Shown here piece by piece: positions 26,082-35,119 of a stretch of DNA of 64,000 nucleotides. Position numbers and translations under genes: made by a program. The notes beneath the pieces were generated by a model, which made no database searches, was not told the origin of the DNA, and saw nothing but the letters and a program-made list of their open reading frames with translations. How positions within the stretch are numbered: the first letter of the stretch is position 1; every line of letters starts with the position of its first letter. The DNA is taken from contig CAKZKT010000104.1 in the NCBI GenBank assembly GCA_937124585.1, positions 1,316 through 65,315 of the forward strand, read 5' to 3'. This DNA is from an uncultured Anaerolineae bacterium. Its GTDB lineage: Bacteria > Chloroflexota > Anaerolineae > CG2-30-64-16.

Positions 26082-28163
26082 TTATTCGTCTTCGGCTTCC
26101 GTGCGTTCGCGCCTGGCCTGCGCGATGATCGGCTCGGCGATGTGCGACGGCACAGGCTCATAGTGCGACAGGGTCATGCTGTAGAAGCCGCGGCCCTGAG
26201 TCATCGAGCGCAGGTCAATCGAGTAGCGCTGCATCTCGGCCAGCGGCACCTGTGCGGTGATGATCCCTTTGCCCTTCACCTGCTCCATGCCCTGCACCCG
26301 ACCGCGCCGCGTGTTCAGGTCGCTCATGATATCGCCCATGTACTCCTCGGGCACGGTGATCTTCACGCTCATCACCGGCTCCAGGAGCACCGGCCCCGCC
26401 TGCATGAAGGTTTTCTTGAAGACCTCGCGACCGGCGATCTGGAAGGCGATGTCTTTGGAATCCACCGGGTGCATCTTGCCATCGTACACCTCGCAGCGGA
26501 CATCCACGACCGGATAGCCTGCCAGCGGCCCCTGGTTCAGCACCTGCTTGATGCCTTTCTCGATGGAGGGGAAGAAGCTGCTGGCGATGGCGCCGCCGAA
26601 CACGCGCGACGTATCGAACTCGAAACCGGTGCCGGCTGGCAGCGGCTTGATCTCCATGTGCACTTCGCCGAACTGGCCGGCTCCGCCGGTCTGCTTCTTG
26701 TGGCGATAGAAGTCGGCCGCGCTGCGCGTGATGGACTCGTGATAGGGCACCTTCGGCACGGACGTCAACACGCTCAGGCCGAACTTGCTCTCCATCCGTC
26801 GGATGGCCAGGTCAATGTGTACCTCGCCCATGCCGGAAAGGATCATCTCGCCGGTGCCCTGCTCGAAGCGCACCGTCAGGGTGGGATCCTCCTCGGTGAT
26901 GCGCTGGAACGTCGGGCCCATCTTGGCCGAATCGGCCTTGGTCTTCGGCGACACGGCGACCGAGAAGAGCGGCTCAGGATAGACCGGCCGCGGCAAGACG
27001 AGCTGATTGCCCTTTTCGGTCAGGGTGTCATTGGTCGCGGTGGCCGAGAGCTTGGTCACGCCGCCGATGTCACCCGCCACCAGACATGGCACAGGAAGCT
27101 GCTCTTTGCCGCGCGGGCTGAAGAGCTGGCTGATGCGCTCCTCGACGCCGCTCGGAAGGCTCCAGACGCGGCTGTCACTGTTCAGTGTGCCGGAGACGAC
27201 ACGGAAGTAGGACACCTTGCCGACGTAGGGATCGGCGACCGTCTTGAAGACCAGCACCGACAGCGGGCCGGTGGCATCGGCCGCCAGCGTCACCTCCTCG
27301 CCGTTTGGCCGCTGCGCCACGTAGGGGCGCGCTGCAACCGGGCTGGGCATGAAACCGATCAAGGCGTCGAGCAGAGGCCGCACCGCCACGTTGCTCAGCG
27401 CAGAGCCGCAGAAGACCGGGATCACGCTGCCCGCGACTATGCCAGCCTTCAGCCCGTCCATGATCTCCTCGGCCGACAGCTCCTCGCCGTCCAGATACTT
27501 CATGATCAGCTCGTCGTCTCCTTCGGCTGCCGCCTCGACGAGCTGGGTGCGCGCTTCGGCAACCGCATCGGCCATGCTCTCCGGAACAGGGGCCGGGGTT
27601 GCGGCCTCACCGAGATACGCCTTCATGGCGACCAGGTCTACCACGCCGCGAAAATCGCCGCCTTCGCCGATCGGCAGCTGCGCCGGCACGATCGTGCCAC
27701 CGAACATACTACGGACGTTGCTCAGGACGCGCTGGAAATTGGCGTTCTCGCGATCCATCTTGTTCACAAAGACCGCCCGCGGCAGACTGCGATCATCCAG
27801 ATAGCCCCAACCCAGCTCCGTGCCCACTTCGACGCCGGCCACCGAGTCTACCACCACCAGCGCTGCATCCGCAACCGTGATCGCGCCCTTTACTTCGCCC
27901 ACGAAATCTATGAAGCCGGGCGTATCCAGTAGATTTACTTTGCAGCCTTGCCATTCGCAAGGAATGACCGATGTCGCCACAGAGATCTTACGCCGGATGG
28001 CCTCTTCATCCCAATCCGACACGGTGGTGCCGTCTTCGACGCGCCCCCGTCGGCTGGTGGCGCCGGTATCGAACAGCAATGCCTCGGCGAGGGTGGTCTT
28101 CCCTGCGCTGCTGTGCCCGATCAGCGCCACATTTCGCAATTGTTCAGTCGTGTAACTTGCCAT
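26082..28163 (-). CDS. elongation factor G paralog (EF-G2-like translational GTPase)
   Basis: 693 aa. G-domain NVALIGHSSAGKTTL...DTPGF.DF, domains II-V are present, and the N-terminus is divergent relative to canonical FusA. Confidence 0.8.
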   Translation of the reverse strand: MASYTTEQLRNVALIGHSSAGKTTLAEALLFDTGATSRRGRVEDGTTVSDWDEEAIRRKISVATSVIPCEWQGCKVNLLDTPGFIDFVGEVKGAITVADAALVVVDSVAGVEVGTELGWGYLDDRSLPRAVFVNKMDRENANFQRVLSNVRSMFGGTIVPAQLPIGEGGDFRGVVDLVAMKAYLGEAATPAPVPESMADAVAEARTQLVEAAAEGDDELIMKYLDGEELSAEEIMDGLKAGIVAGSVIPVFCGSALSNVAVRPLLDALIGFMPSPVAARPYVAQRPNGEEVTLAADATGPLSVLVFKTVADPYVGKVSYFRVVSGTLNSDSRVWSLPSGVEERISQLFSPRGKEQLPVPCLVAGDIGGVTKLSATATNDTLTEKGNQLVLPRPVYPEPLFSVAVSPKTKADSAKMGPTFQRITEEDPTLTVRFEQGTGEMILSGMGEVHIDLAIRRMESKFGLSVLTSVPKVPYHESITRSAADFYRHKKQTGGAGQFGEVHMEIKPLPAGTGFEFDTSRVFGGAIASSFFPSIEKGIKQVLNQGPLAGYPVVDVRCEVYDGKMHPVDSKDIAFQIAGREVFKKTFMQAGPVLLEPVMSVKITVPEEYMGDIMSDLNTRRGRVQGMEQVKGKGIITAQVPLAEMQRYSIDLRSMTQGRGFYSMTLSHYEPVPSHIAEPIIAQARRERTEAEDE

Positions 28164-28321
28164 GACTCCTCCTCGGCCAGATATCCGGCCTGATCAAGAA
28201 GACTTCCGAAGCCGTCGCGGACTTCGGAAGTCGAAACTTGTCTCTCGTCAACCTGATCATTGTACGCAGAAGTGCCCCCTCTGTCAAAGAAAACGCCAGC
28301 CCATCTGCGGCGGAGCCAGAC

Positions 28322-28350
28322 TTGTGCAGGCCAGCCAGGTATTTTATAAT
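28322..28350 (+). promoter_or_regulatory. sigma-70-type promoter for the phosphatase::methyltransferase gene
   Basis: TTGTGC-17 nt-TATAAT, about 75 nt upstream of the ATG at 28425. Confidence 0.4.
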
Positions 28351-28424
28351 GCCGTTGCGCCGATTTCCAGAAAAACCACAGGGTCTCAGCCGATCATTCG
28401 ACGCGCAAGAAAAGCCGAACAGGT

Positions 28425-29870
28425 ATGGCCACAAGCGAACCTCTGGCGACTCACCTTCTTCTGGTTCGACACGGACAGTCGCTCTACAATCGCGCAGAGA
28501 CAGACATGGCGCCCGACAGCGGCCTGACCGAGCTGGGCTGGCAGCAGGCCCATCTCGTCGCCGATTGGTTGAGCCGCAGCTTCACAGTTGACGCGCTGGT
28601 CAGCAGTGCGCTCGTGTGCGCGCGCCAGACCGCCGAGGTGATCGGCCAGCAGCTCGGCCTGGCGGTCGAAATCATGTCCGGCTTCGATGAGACCCATCTG
28701 CCCTATTGGAACGAGTTCCCGACCACCCCCGATGATCCGCTGGCGTGGTGGGATCAGCCCTGGCGCCCCGATCCGGAACACGCGCCGCTCTACACGCGAT
28801 TCCGCCAGGAGCTACGCCAGGCCATGGCCGAGCTATTGTGTCGGCATTTGGGACAGACGGTGGTCGTTGTCTCACACGGCGGCACCATCGGCACGATCGT
28901 GCGCAGTCTGCTCGGCGGGCATCAAACGCCGATCTTCACGGAAAACGGTGGCGTCACCCATTTGGTCTGGCAAGAAGGGCGCTGGCGATTGGTGAGCCAC
29001 AACGAGCGGGCGCACCTGGGAGACCCGGCCTTGCCCGCGCAGCTGCCGTGGGCCGAGGCCGAACCGGCCCGGACGATTGTGGAGCACTTTCAGCGCGTTG
29101 CCGCCTCGTCGGCGCTTGCCCAAACAATGCCCGACGAGGAGCAGGAACGCGCGCTCATTGCCTTTGTCGCGCCCCAGGCGACCGACCGCGTGCTCGACGT
29201 CGGCGCGGGCGCGGGCGCCGCTGCCCTGGCCCTGGCCGCGCACACAACGCATGTCACAGCGGTGGACATCGCGCCGGCCATGCTGGAGCGCGCCGAGAGC
29301 GCCCGGTCGCTCCGGGGCATCACCAACGTGGACATCCGCTGGGCCGATGCAACCTCTCTCCCCTACCCGCCCGCCAGCTTCGACCTCATCCTCTGCCGCA
29401 ATCTCTGCTGCTACATCGCCGATCTCGCTCAGCTTTTCGCCGAGCTGCGCCGCGTCATCCGACCGACCGGCCGGCTGGTGATCGAGGGAATCGTTGCCAG
29501 CGAAGACCCCGTGAAGCGCGCCACCCATCAGGCGCTTGCCATACAGCACGATCCGGCAATCGTTCGGCTCTACAGCGAGTCAGAGATCGAACACCCCCTG
29601 CGCGAAGCCGGCTTTCGGATCGAACGCGCCGAGGTGCACGACGCGCCAACGACGCTAGAGGAATGGCTGGCACTGTCACTGTTGGCAGAGGCCGAACGGG
29701 CCGGGCTGCGGGAGATGGTGCGGGCGAGCATCGAAGAGGACGCGGCCGGGCTGTGCATACAGCGCAACCGGGACGGCATCATCGCCTTCACGTTCCGTCG
29801 TCTTCAGCTCCTGGCGCGCCTCAATGTCGCAGCCGGCCATTCTCAGATCGCATCCGAGGAGGCGTCCTAA
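28425..29870 (+). CDS. fusion protein: histidine phosphatase (phosphoglycerate-mutase-like) N-domain plus class I SAM-dependent methyltransferase C-domain
   Basis: N-terminal LLLVRHGQSLYN...SHGGTI (RHG catalytic His and second His). C-terminal VLDVGAGAGAAALALA...VDIAPAMLERA...LILCRNLCCYIADL (Methyltransf_11-like motifs I-III). Confidence 0.7.
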   Translation: MATSEPLATHLLLVRHGQSLYNRAETDMAPDSGLTELGWQQAHLVADWLSRSFTVDALVSSALVCARQTAEVIGQQLGLAVEIMSGFDETHLPYWNEFPTTPDDPLAWWDQPWRPDPEHAPLYTRFRQELRQAMAELLCRHLGQTVVVVSHGGTIGTIVRSLLGGHQTPIFTENGGVTHLVWQEGRWRLVSHNERAHLGDPALPAQLPWAEAEPARTIVEHFQRVAASSALAQTMPDEEQERALIAFVAPQATDRVLDVGAGAGAAALALAAHTTHVTAVDIAPAMLERAESARSLRGITNVDIRWADATSLPYPPASFDLILCRNLCCYIADLAQLFAELRRVIRPTGRLVIEGIVASEDPVKRATHQALAIQHDPAIVRLYSESEIEHPLREAGFRIERAEVHDAPTTLEEWLALSLLAEAERAGLREMVRASIEEDAAGLCIQRNRDGIIAFTFRRLQLLARLNVAAGHSQIASEEAS

Positions 29871-29909
29871 CGCGCGCGGAAGGCCCCGGGCCGATATCCG
29901 CGCTGCCGT

Positions 29910-30902
29910 TCAGGGCGAGGAGATGCCCAGCAGCGAGCGCAGCCATTCGAGCAGCCCGCCATCGCTGTCGGCCTGAGGCGTAGCCGTCGGCGGCGCCACA
30001 CGGAGCAAAATCGGCGGCGAAGTCGGGCCTGCGGTGGCAACACGCCGCAGGCCCGGGGTCGGCGTCGCGGTGGAGCGCGGCCGGGTCGGCAAGACAGACG
30101 GGGTTTCGGCCGGCGCGAGCAGTTGACTGCCGGGCCGGCCTACGGACATCTCTTCCGGCGTGGGCGATGGCGAAGCGATCGGCGTCTGGCCGGCCGATTC
30201 CATCGCGGCAGGGGTCGGCGTCGTGATCACCGGCGTGAGCGGCGTGGGGAGGAAGCGCGCCACCGCACCACGATCGGCGGCCGCTGTTTGATCGGAAGCC
30301 GGCGCAGTTCTCATCGCCAGCGGGCCGGGCAGACGCGTTGGCCAGGGCGTGGGACGCCACGGCGTCGGCGACACCGGCGGAGTCGGCGTAGGCGTGCTGA
30401 GCACGACGCTGTCGGCCGGCACGACGAAGCGAGTCGGCGCGGCCAGAAGCAGCTCGGCCGGCGAGGAGACGAGATCGGCGGGATCGGCCAGCACGGTCAC
30501 GCCCTCCAGCGGCCGGTCCATGCCCCAGAGCTGGCCAAGCTCATAACTCACATCTACGGCCCACCCGCGCGCGACCAGCATCGGGATGTCCTCGCGGCGG
30601 GCGCAATCTATCACCAGGAACGGGCCGACCGGCTCGCCGCCAGGCGGCTGCAGCCACACCCGCCGACCGATGTCGCCGGCGCGCAGCAGAGCAACCGTGC
30701 CCACGCACGCGTCGCAGCGCAACATCTGGCCGTGAGCGGCCCGCACGTCCAGCACATGCTCCATCATCCCGGCCGCGTAGAAGGTCGCCAGGCCGGTGTG
30801 CGGCAGCGGCGTCTGCTCCCAATAGCCAGGCACGAGAGCCTCAGCCTGCGGAGACGCCGCTAGGCCGGTCATCCCCAACACGACGATCAAGATAAGGCGC
30901 AC
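29910..30902 (-). CDS. secreted protein with an RlpA-like double-psi beta-barrel (DPBB) domain and a Pro/Thr-rich tail
   Basis: Signal peptide MRLILIVVLGMTGLAAS. GLATFYAAGMM...AAHGQML.C..CVG...L..G.IGRRVWLQPPGGEPVGPFLVIDCA......GWAVDVSYELGQLWG fits the RlpA/expansin-like DPBB pattern. The C-terminal ~180 aa are low-complexity P/T/S-rich. Confidence 0.45.
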   Translation of the reverse strand: MRLILIVVLGMTGLAASPQAEALVPGYWEQTPLPHTGLATFYAAGMMEHVLDVRAAHGQMLRCDACVGTVALLRAGDIGRRVWLQPPGGEPVGPFLVIDCARREDIPMLVARGWAVDVSYELGQLWGMDRPLEGVTVLADPADLVSSPAELLLAAPTRFVVPADSVVLSTPTPTPPVSPTPWRPTPWPTRLPGPLAMRTAPASDQTAAADRGAVARFLPTPLTPVITTPTPAAMESAGQTPIASPSPTPEEMSVGRPGSQLLAPAETPSVLPTRPRSTATPTPGLRRVATAGPTSPPILLRVAPPTATPQADSDGGLLEWLRSLLGISSP

Positions 30903-31010
30903 GGCGATTTGAATCCTTGTCCCAATCTACTCGCGCTTCTGGACAATCTGTGCTATACTCAGCTCGGATTATACTCGATCCGGTGATCTACGCAAAGGAT
31001 GTGCGGCGTC

Positions 31011-31991
31011 ATGCGCCTCGGATTCGTCGTCAAACCGCTGGCCCGGCCCGATCTGAAAAGCCATGACAACCGGCGCTGGCAGAACAATCCCCATCTGAGC
31101 GTGAGCCTGGCCTATCTGCGCGATGTCTTCACGCACCTGATCGAGGCCAGGATCGCCATGTACCGCATCTCATCGGAGCTGGCGCCCTACGCCACGCATC
31201 CGGACATGCCGCAGTTTCACCGTCAGGTTGAAGAATGCGCTGCCGAGCTGGCGCAGGCAGGCGCGCTGGCCCGTTCCGCCGATCTGCGCCTTTCGTTTCA
31301 TCCGGCCCAACACGTTGTCCTGAATGCGCCCGGTGCTGAGCTGGCAGCCCGCAGCGCCGCCGACCTGATCGTGCAGGCCGCGATCCTCGATGCGATGGGA
31401 CTGGGGCCCGAGGCGGTTGTCGTGACCCATCTGGGCGGCGTCTACGGCGATCGGATGGCGGCGCGCGAGCGTTTCGTGCGCAACTACGAGGCGCTGCCCG
31501 CGGTCGCCCGTCGCCGGCTGGTGCTGGAGAACGACGACACCCGCTTCAGCGTCGCCGATACCCTCTGGGTCCACGCGCGCACAGGCATCCGCCTGGTCTT
31601 CGACAACCTGCACCACCGCCTGAACGACCCGAGCGGCATCCCGCCCCGAGATGCGCTCGCGGCCTGCCTGGCCACCTGGCCGGCCGACGTGCGGCCCAAA
31701 ATCCATTTCAGCAGCCCACGCACCGAATGGTTGGTGGCAGGCGGCGACGGCAATCAGCCGGCCGAGGTGCGCCAGACGCGCTGGAGCTATCACTCCGATT
31801 ATGTCAATCCATTTGAGTTTATTGATTTCCTGCGGATGGCCGAGGGACTGCGGCCGTTCGACGTGATGCTGGAGGTGCGCGCGAAAGACCTGGCCCTGCA
31901 GCAGTTGCGGGAAGACCTGGCGCGTTTTGCGCCCGACCTGGCCCGCCGGCTGGAGCCAACACCGAAAGCCGCACCGGAGCGGACCGATTGA
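31011..31991 (+). CDS. uvdE: UV DNA damage endonuclease UvdE (UvsE)
   Basis: [10 protein letters not shown]....[11 protein letters not shown].....ARI.MYRISS.L.PYA.HPD... and VLENDD..F.V.D.L are the UvdE TIM-barrel family hallmarks. The start may be the ATG 12 nt upstream (30999). Confidence 0.85.
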   Translation: MRLGFVVKPLARPDLKSHDNRRWQNNPHLSVSLAYLRDVFTHLIEARIAMYRISSELAPYATHPDMPQFHRQVEECAAELAQAGALARSADLRLSFHPAQHVVLNAPGAELAARSAADLIVQAAILDAMGLGPEAVVVTHLGGVYGDRMAARERFVRNYEALPAVARRRLVLENDDTRFSVADTLWVHARTGIRLVFDNLHHRLNDPSGIPPRDALAACLATWPADVRPKIHFSSPRTEWLVAGGDGNQPAEVRQTRWSYHSDYVNPFEFIDFLRMAEGLRPFDVMLEVRAKDLALQQLREDLARFAPDLARRLEPTPKAAPERTD

Positions 31992-32068
31992 GGCAGGCCG
32001 TCCTTCTGGTCGAAAGCCAAGTTGCAGAAAACGGAAACACAGTTCACCGGAAAAGGAGCATTCACATT

Positions 32069-33076
<1,008 letters not shown>

Positions 33077-33109
33077 AATTTCAAACTTTGAGACCCAGGA
33101 GATTCAGCC

Positions 33110-34414
33110 ATGCAACAACCTCTTCCGACTGCAGGCGACACGCGCTGGTTCGTCCATGATCGCTTCGGCCTGTTCATCCATTGGGGCACTTACACGCTGG
33201 CCGCGCGCCACGAGTGGGTGAAGCAGCGCGAACGGATTCGCGACGAGGAGTATCAGAAGTATTTCGATCATTTCGACCCGGACCTCTACGACCCGACCAT
33301 CTGGGCGCGCGAGGCCAGGAATGCCGGCATGAAGTACTTCGTCGTCACCACCAAGCATCACGAGGGTTTCTGCCTGTGGGATTCGGCGCTGACCGATTAC
33401 AAGGCAACCAACACGCCCTACGGCAAGGATGTGCTGCGGCCGATGGTGGATGCATTTCGCAACGAGGGCTTCAAAGTCGGCTTCTACCACTCGCTGATTG
33501 ACTGGCATCATCCCGAGTTCCCCGTTGATCCCATCCACCCGATGCGCGATGACCTGGAGTATCGGGAGAGGCACAAAGATCGCGACATCCGCAAGTACGC
33601 CGAATACCTGCACGGTCAGACGCGCGAGCTGCTGACCCAGTTCGGCAAGGTCCACATCATGTGGTTCGATTTCTCTTATGCCAACCGCCAGTATCCCTGG
33701 GGCCGCGGCAAGGGCCGCGACGACTGGCAGTCGGAGAAGCTGGTGCAGATGGTGCGCGAGCTTCAGCCGGGCATCATCCTCAACGACCGGCTCGACCTGC
33801 CGGAGTCGGCCGATGTGCGGACGCCGGAAGAGTATCAGCCGCGCGGCTGGATGACGGTGGACGGCAAGCCGGTCGTGTGGGAGGCCTGCCAGACCTTCAA
33901 CCGGAGCTGGGGCTACTACCGGGACAACATGGACTGGCGCGAGCCGGACGAGCTGATCCGCACGCTGATTGACACGGTGTCGAAGGGTGGGAACCTGCTG
34001 CTCAACGTCGGGCCAAACGGCCGCGGCGAGTTCGACGAGCGCTCGATCGAGCGGCTGCGGGCCATCGGCGCGTGGATGCGACTGCACAGCCGCTCGATCT
34101 ACGGCTGCACAGCCTTCGACCTCACGCCGCCGCCCGACACACGCTTCACCTACAACCCGGCGAAGAAGCGGCTCTACCTGCACCTCTTCGCCTGGCCCTA
34201 CAAACACGTGCATCTCGATGGGCTCGCGAGCCGGGTGGAATATGCTCAGCTCCTCAACGATGCGTCCGAGGTCAAGATGTTCACCGTGGACCCGCACCAG
34301 CAGGCGCAGAACACGACCATGGGCGGCGGTCGAAGCGACACGCTGATCCTGGAGCTGCCCATCGCGAAGCCGAGGGTCGCCGTGCCGGTGGTGGAGCTGT
34401 TCTTGAAGGATTGA
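33110..34414 (+). CDS. alpha-L-fucosidase, glycoside hydrolase family 29
   Basis: FGLFIHWGTYTLAA..EW, ...GMKYFVVTTKHHEGFCLWDS... The GH29 catalytic-domain signature plus a C-terminal beta-sandwich are present. Confidence 0.85.
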   Translation: MQQPLPTAGDTRWFVHDRFGLFIHWGTYTLAARHEWVKQRERIRDEEYQKYFDHFDPDLYDPTIWAREARNAGMKYFVVTTKHHEGFCLWDSALTDYKATNTPYGKDVLRPMVDAFRNEGFKVGFYHSLIDWHHPEFPVDPIHPMRDDLEYRERHKDRDIRKYAEYLHGQTRELLTQFGKVHIMWFDFSYANRQYPWGRGKGRDDWQSEKLVQMVRELQPGIILNDRLDLPESADVRTPEEYQPRGWMTVDGKPVVWEACQTFNRSWGYYRDNMDWREPDELIRTLIDTVSKGGNLLLNVGPNGRGEFDERSIERLRAIGAWMRLHSRSIYGCTAFDLTPPPDTRFTYNPAKKRLYLHLFAWPYKHVHLDGLASRVEYAQLLNDASEVKMFTVDPHQQAQNTTMGGGRSDTLILELPIAKPRVAVPVVELFLKD

Positions 34415-34529
34415 GCGAGAGCGCCCAAAGGCGTTTCCGGAGGTGTCCGGTTTCAGATCCGCACCGATGCGGCAACGACCGCTGGGTTCAGCTCGACGCG
34501 ACGTCTATCGCCCGGTGAGAGTGTTTGAC

Positions 34530-34566
34530 GGTCAGGCGCCTTTCAGAGGTGCCTGGCATGTGATCG
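34530..34566. repeat. degenerate copy of the GTGCCAGGCAC palindromic (REP-like) element
   Basis: GTCAGGCGCC-TTTCAGAG-GTGCCTGGCATGTGA in the intergenic region upstream of the GNAT gene. Confidence 0.4.
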
Positions 34567-34575
34567 AGGCCAAAG

Positions 34576-35040
34576 ATGGCCGTCCAGACACCCTCGATCG
34601 AACCGTATCAAGCAGCGGACCGGCCTGCTATTCGCCAGATTCTCGAGGCCATCGGCTGGGACGAACACTATATCGTCTCTTTCGAGCAGGCCGCCGAGCA
34701 CTTCGCGCAGCGTGCGGACGCGGCCGTCTACCTGGCGCGGCTGGACGAGACCCATGTCGGCTTTCTCTTCGTCCAGTTCTATGCCTGGAATCGGCTGTGC
34801 CAGATTCACGGGCTGGCTGTACATCCTGCCTTCCAGCGCCGTGGAGTCGCTTCCGCGCTCGTGGCGCAAGCCGAAGCCTACGCGCGTGCATGTGGGGCTC
34901 GAGGCATCTACGTGGACACCCCGGTCACGAACGCTGGCGGACGGCGATTCTATGAGGCTGTCGGCTATCAGCTGGGATATATCATGCCGCGCTACTACAA
35001 CGATGCACTGGACGGCGTGACCTATCAGAAGTTCTTCTAA
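34576..35040 (+). CDS. GNAT family N-acetyltransferase
   Basis: 154 aa. GNAT motif A (HGLAVHPAFQRRGVASALV) and the acetyl-CoA-binding fold pattern. Confidence 0.8.
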   Translation: MAVQTPSIEPYQAADRPAIRQILEAIGWDEHYIVSFEQAAEHFAQRADAAVYLARLDETHVGFLFVQFYAWNRLCQIHGLAVHPAFQRRGVASALVAQAEAYARACGARGIYVDTPVTNAGGRRFYEAVGYQLGYIMPRYYNDALDGVTYQKFF

Positions 35041-35119
35041 ACAGCGCCCTGATGCACACAAGCCGTTCGGATACGACATATAAGACCCCTCGGGGGCCTG
35101 AGACTGAGGAATTGCCGTT

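Noticed and set aside
26142-27932. 596-aa plus-strand ORF
   Set aside because: It is antisense to the EF-G paralog, which has unmistakable G-domain motifs on the minus strand.
28164-28424. Possible tRNA or small RNA gene in the 260-bp divergent region upstream of the EF-G paralog
   Set aside because: No cloverleaf with an acceptor stem, T-arm GTTC and CCA-compatible 3' end could be folded by eye. The hairpins look like leader/terminator structures instead.
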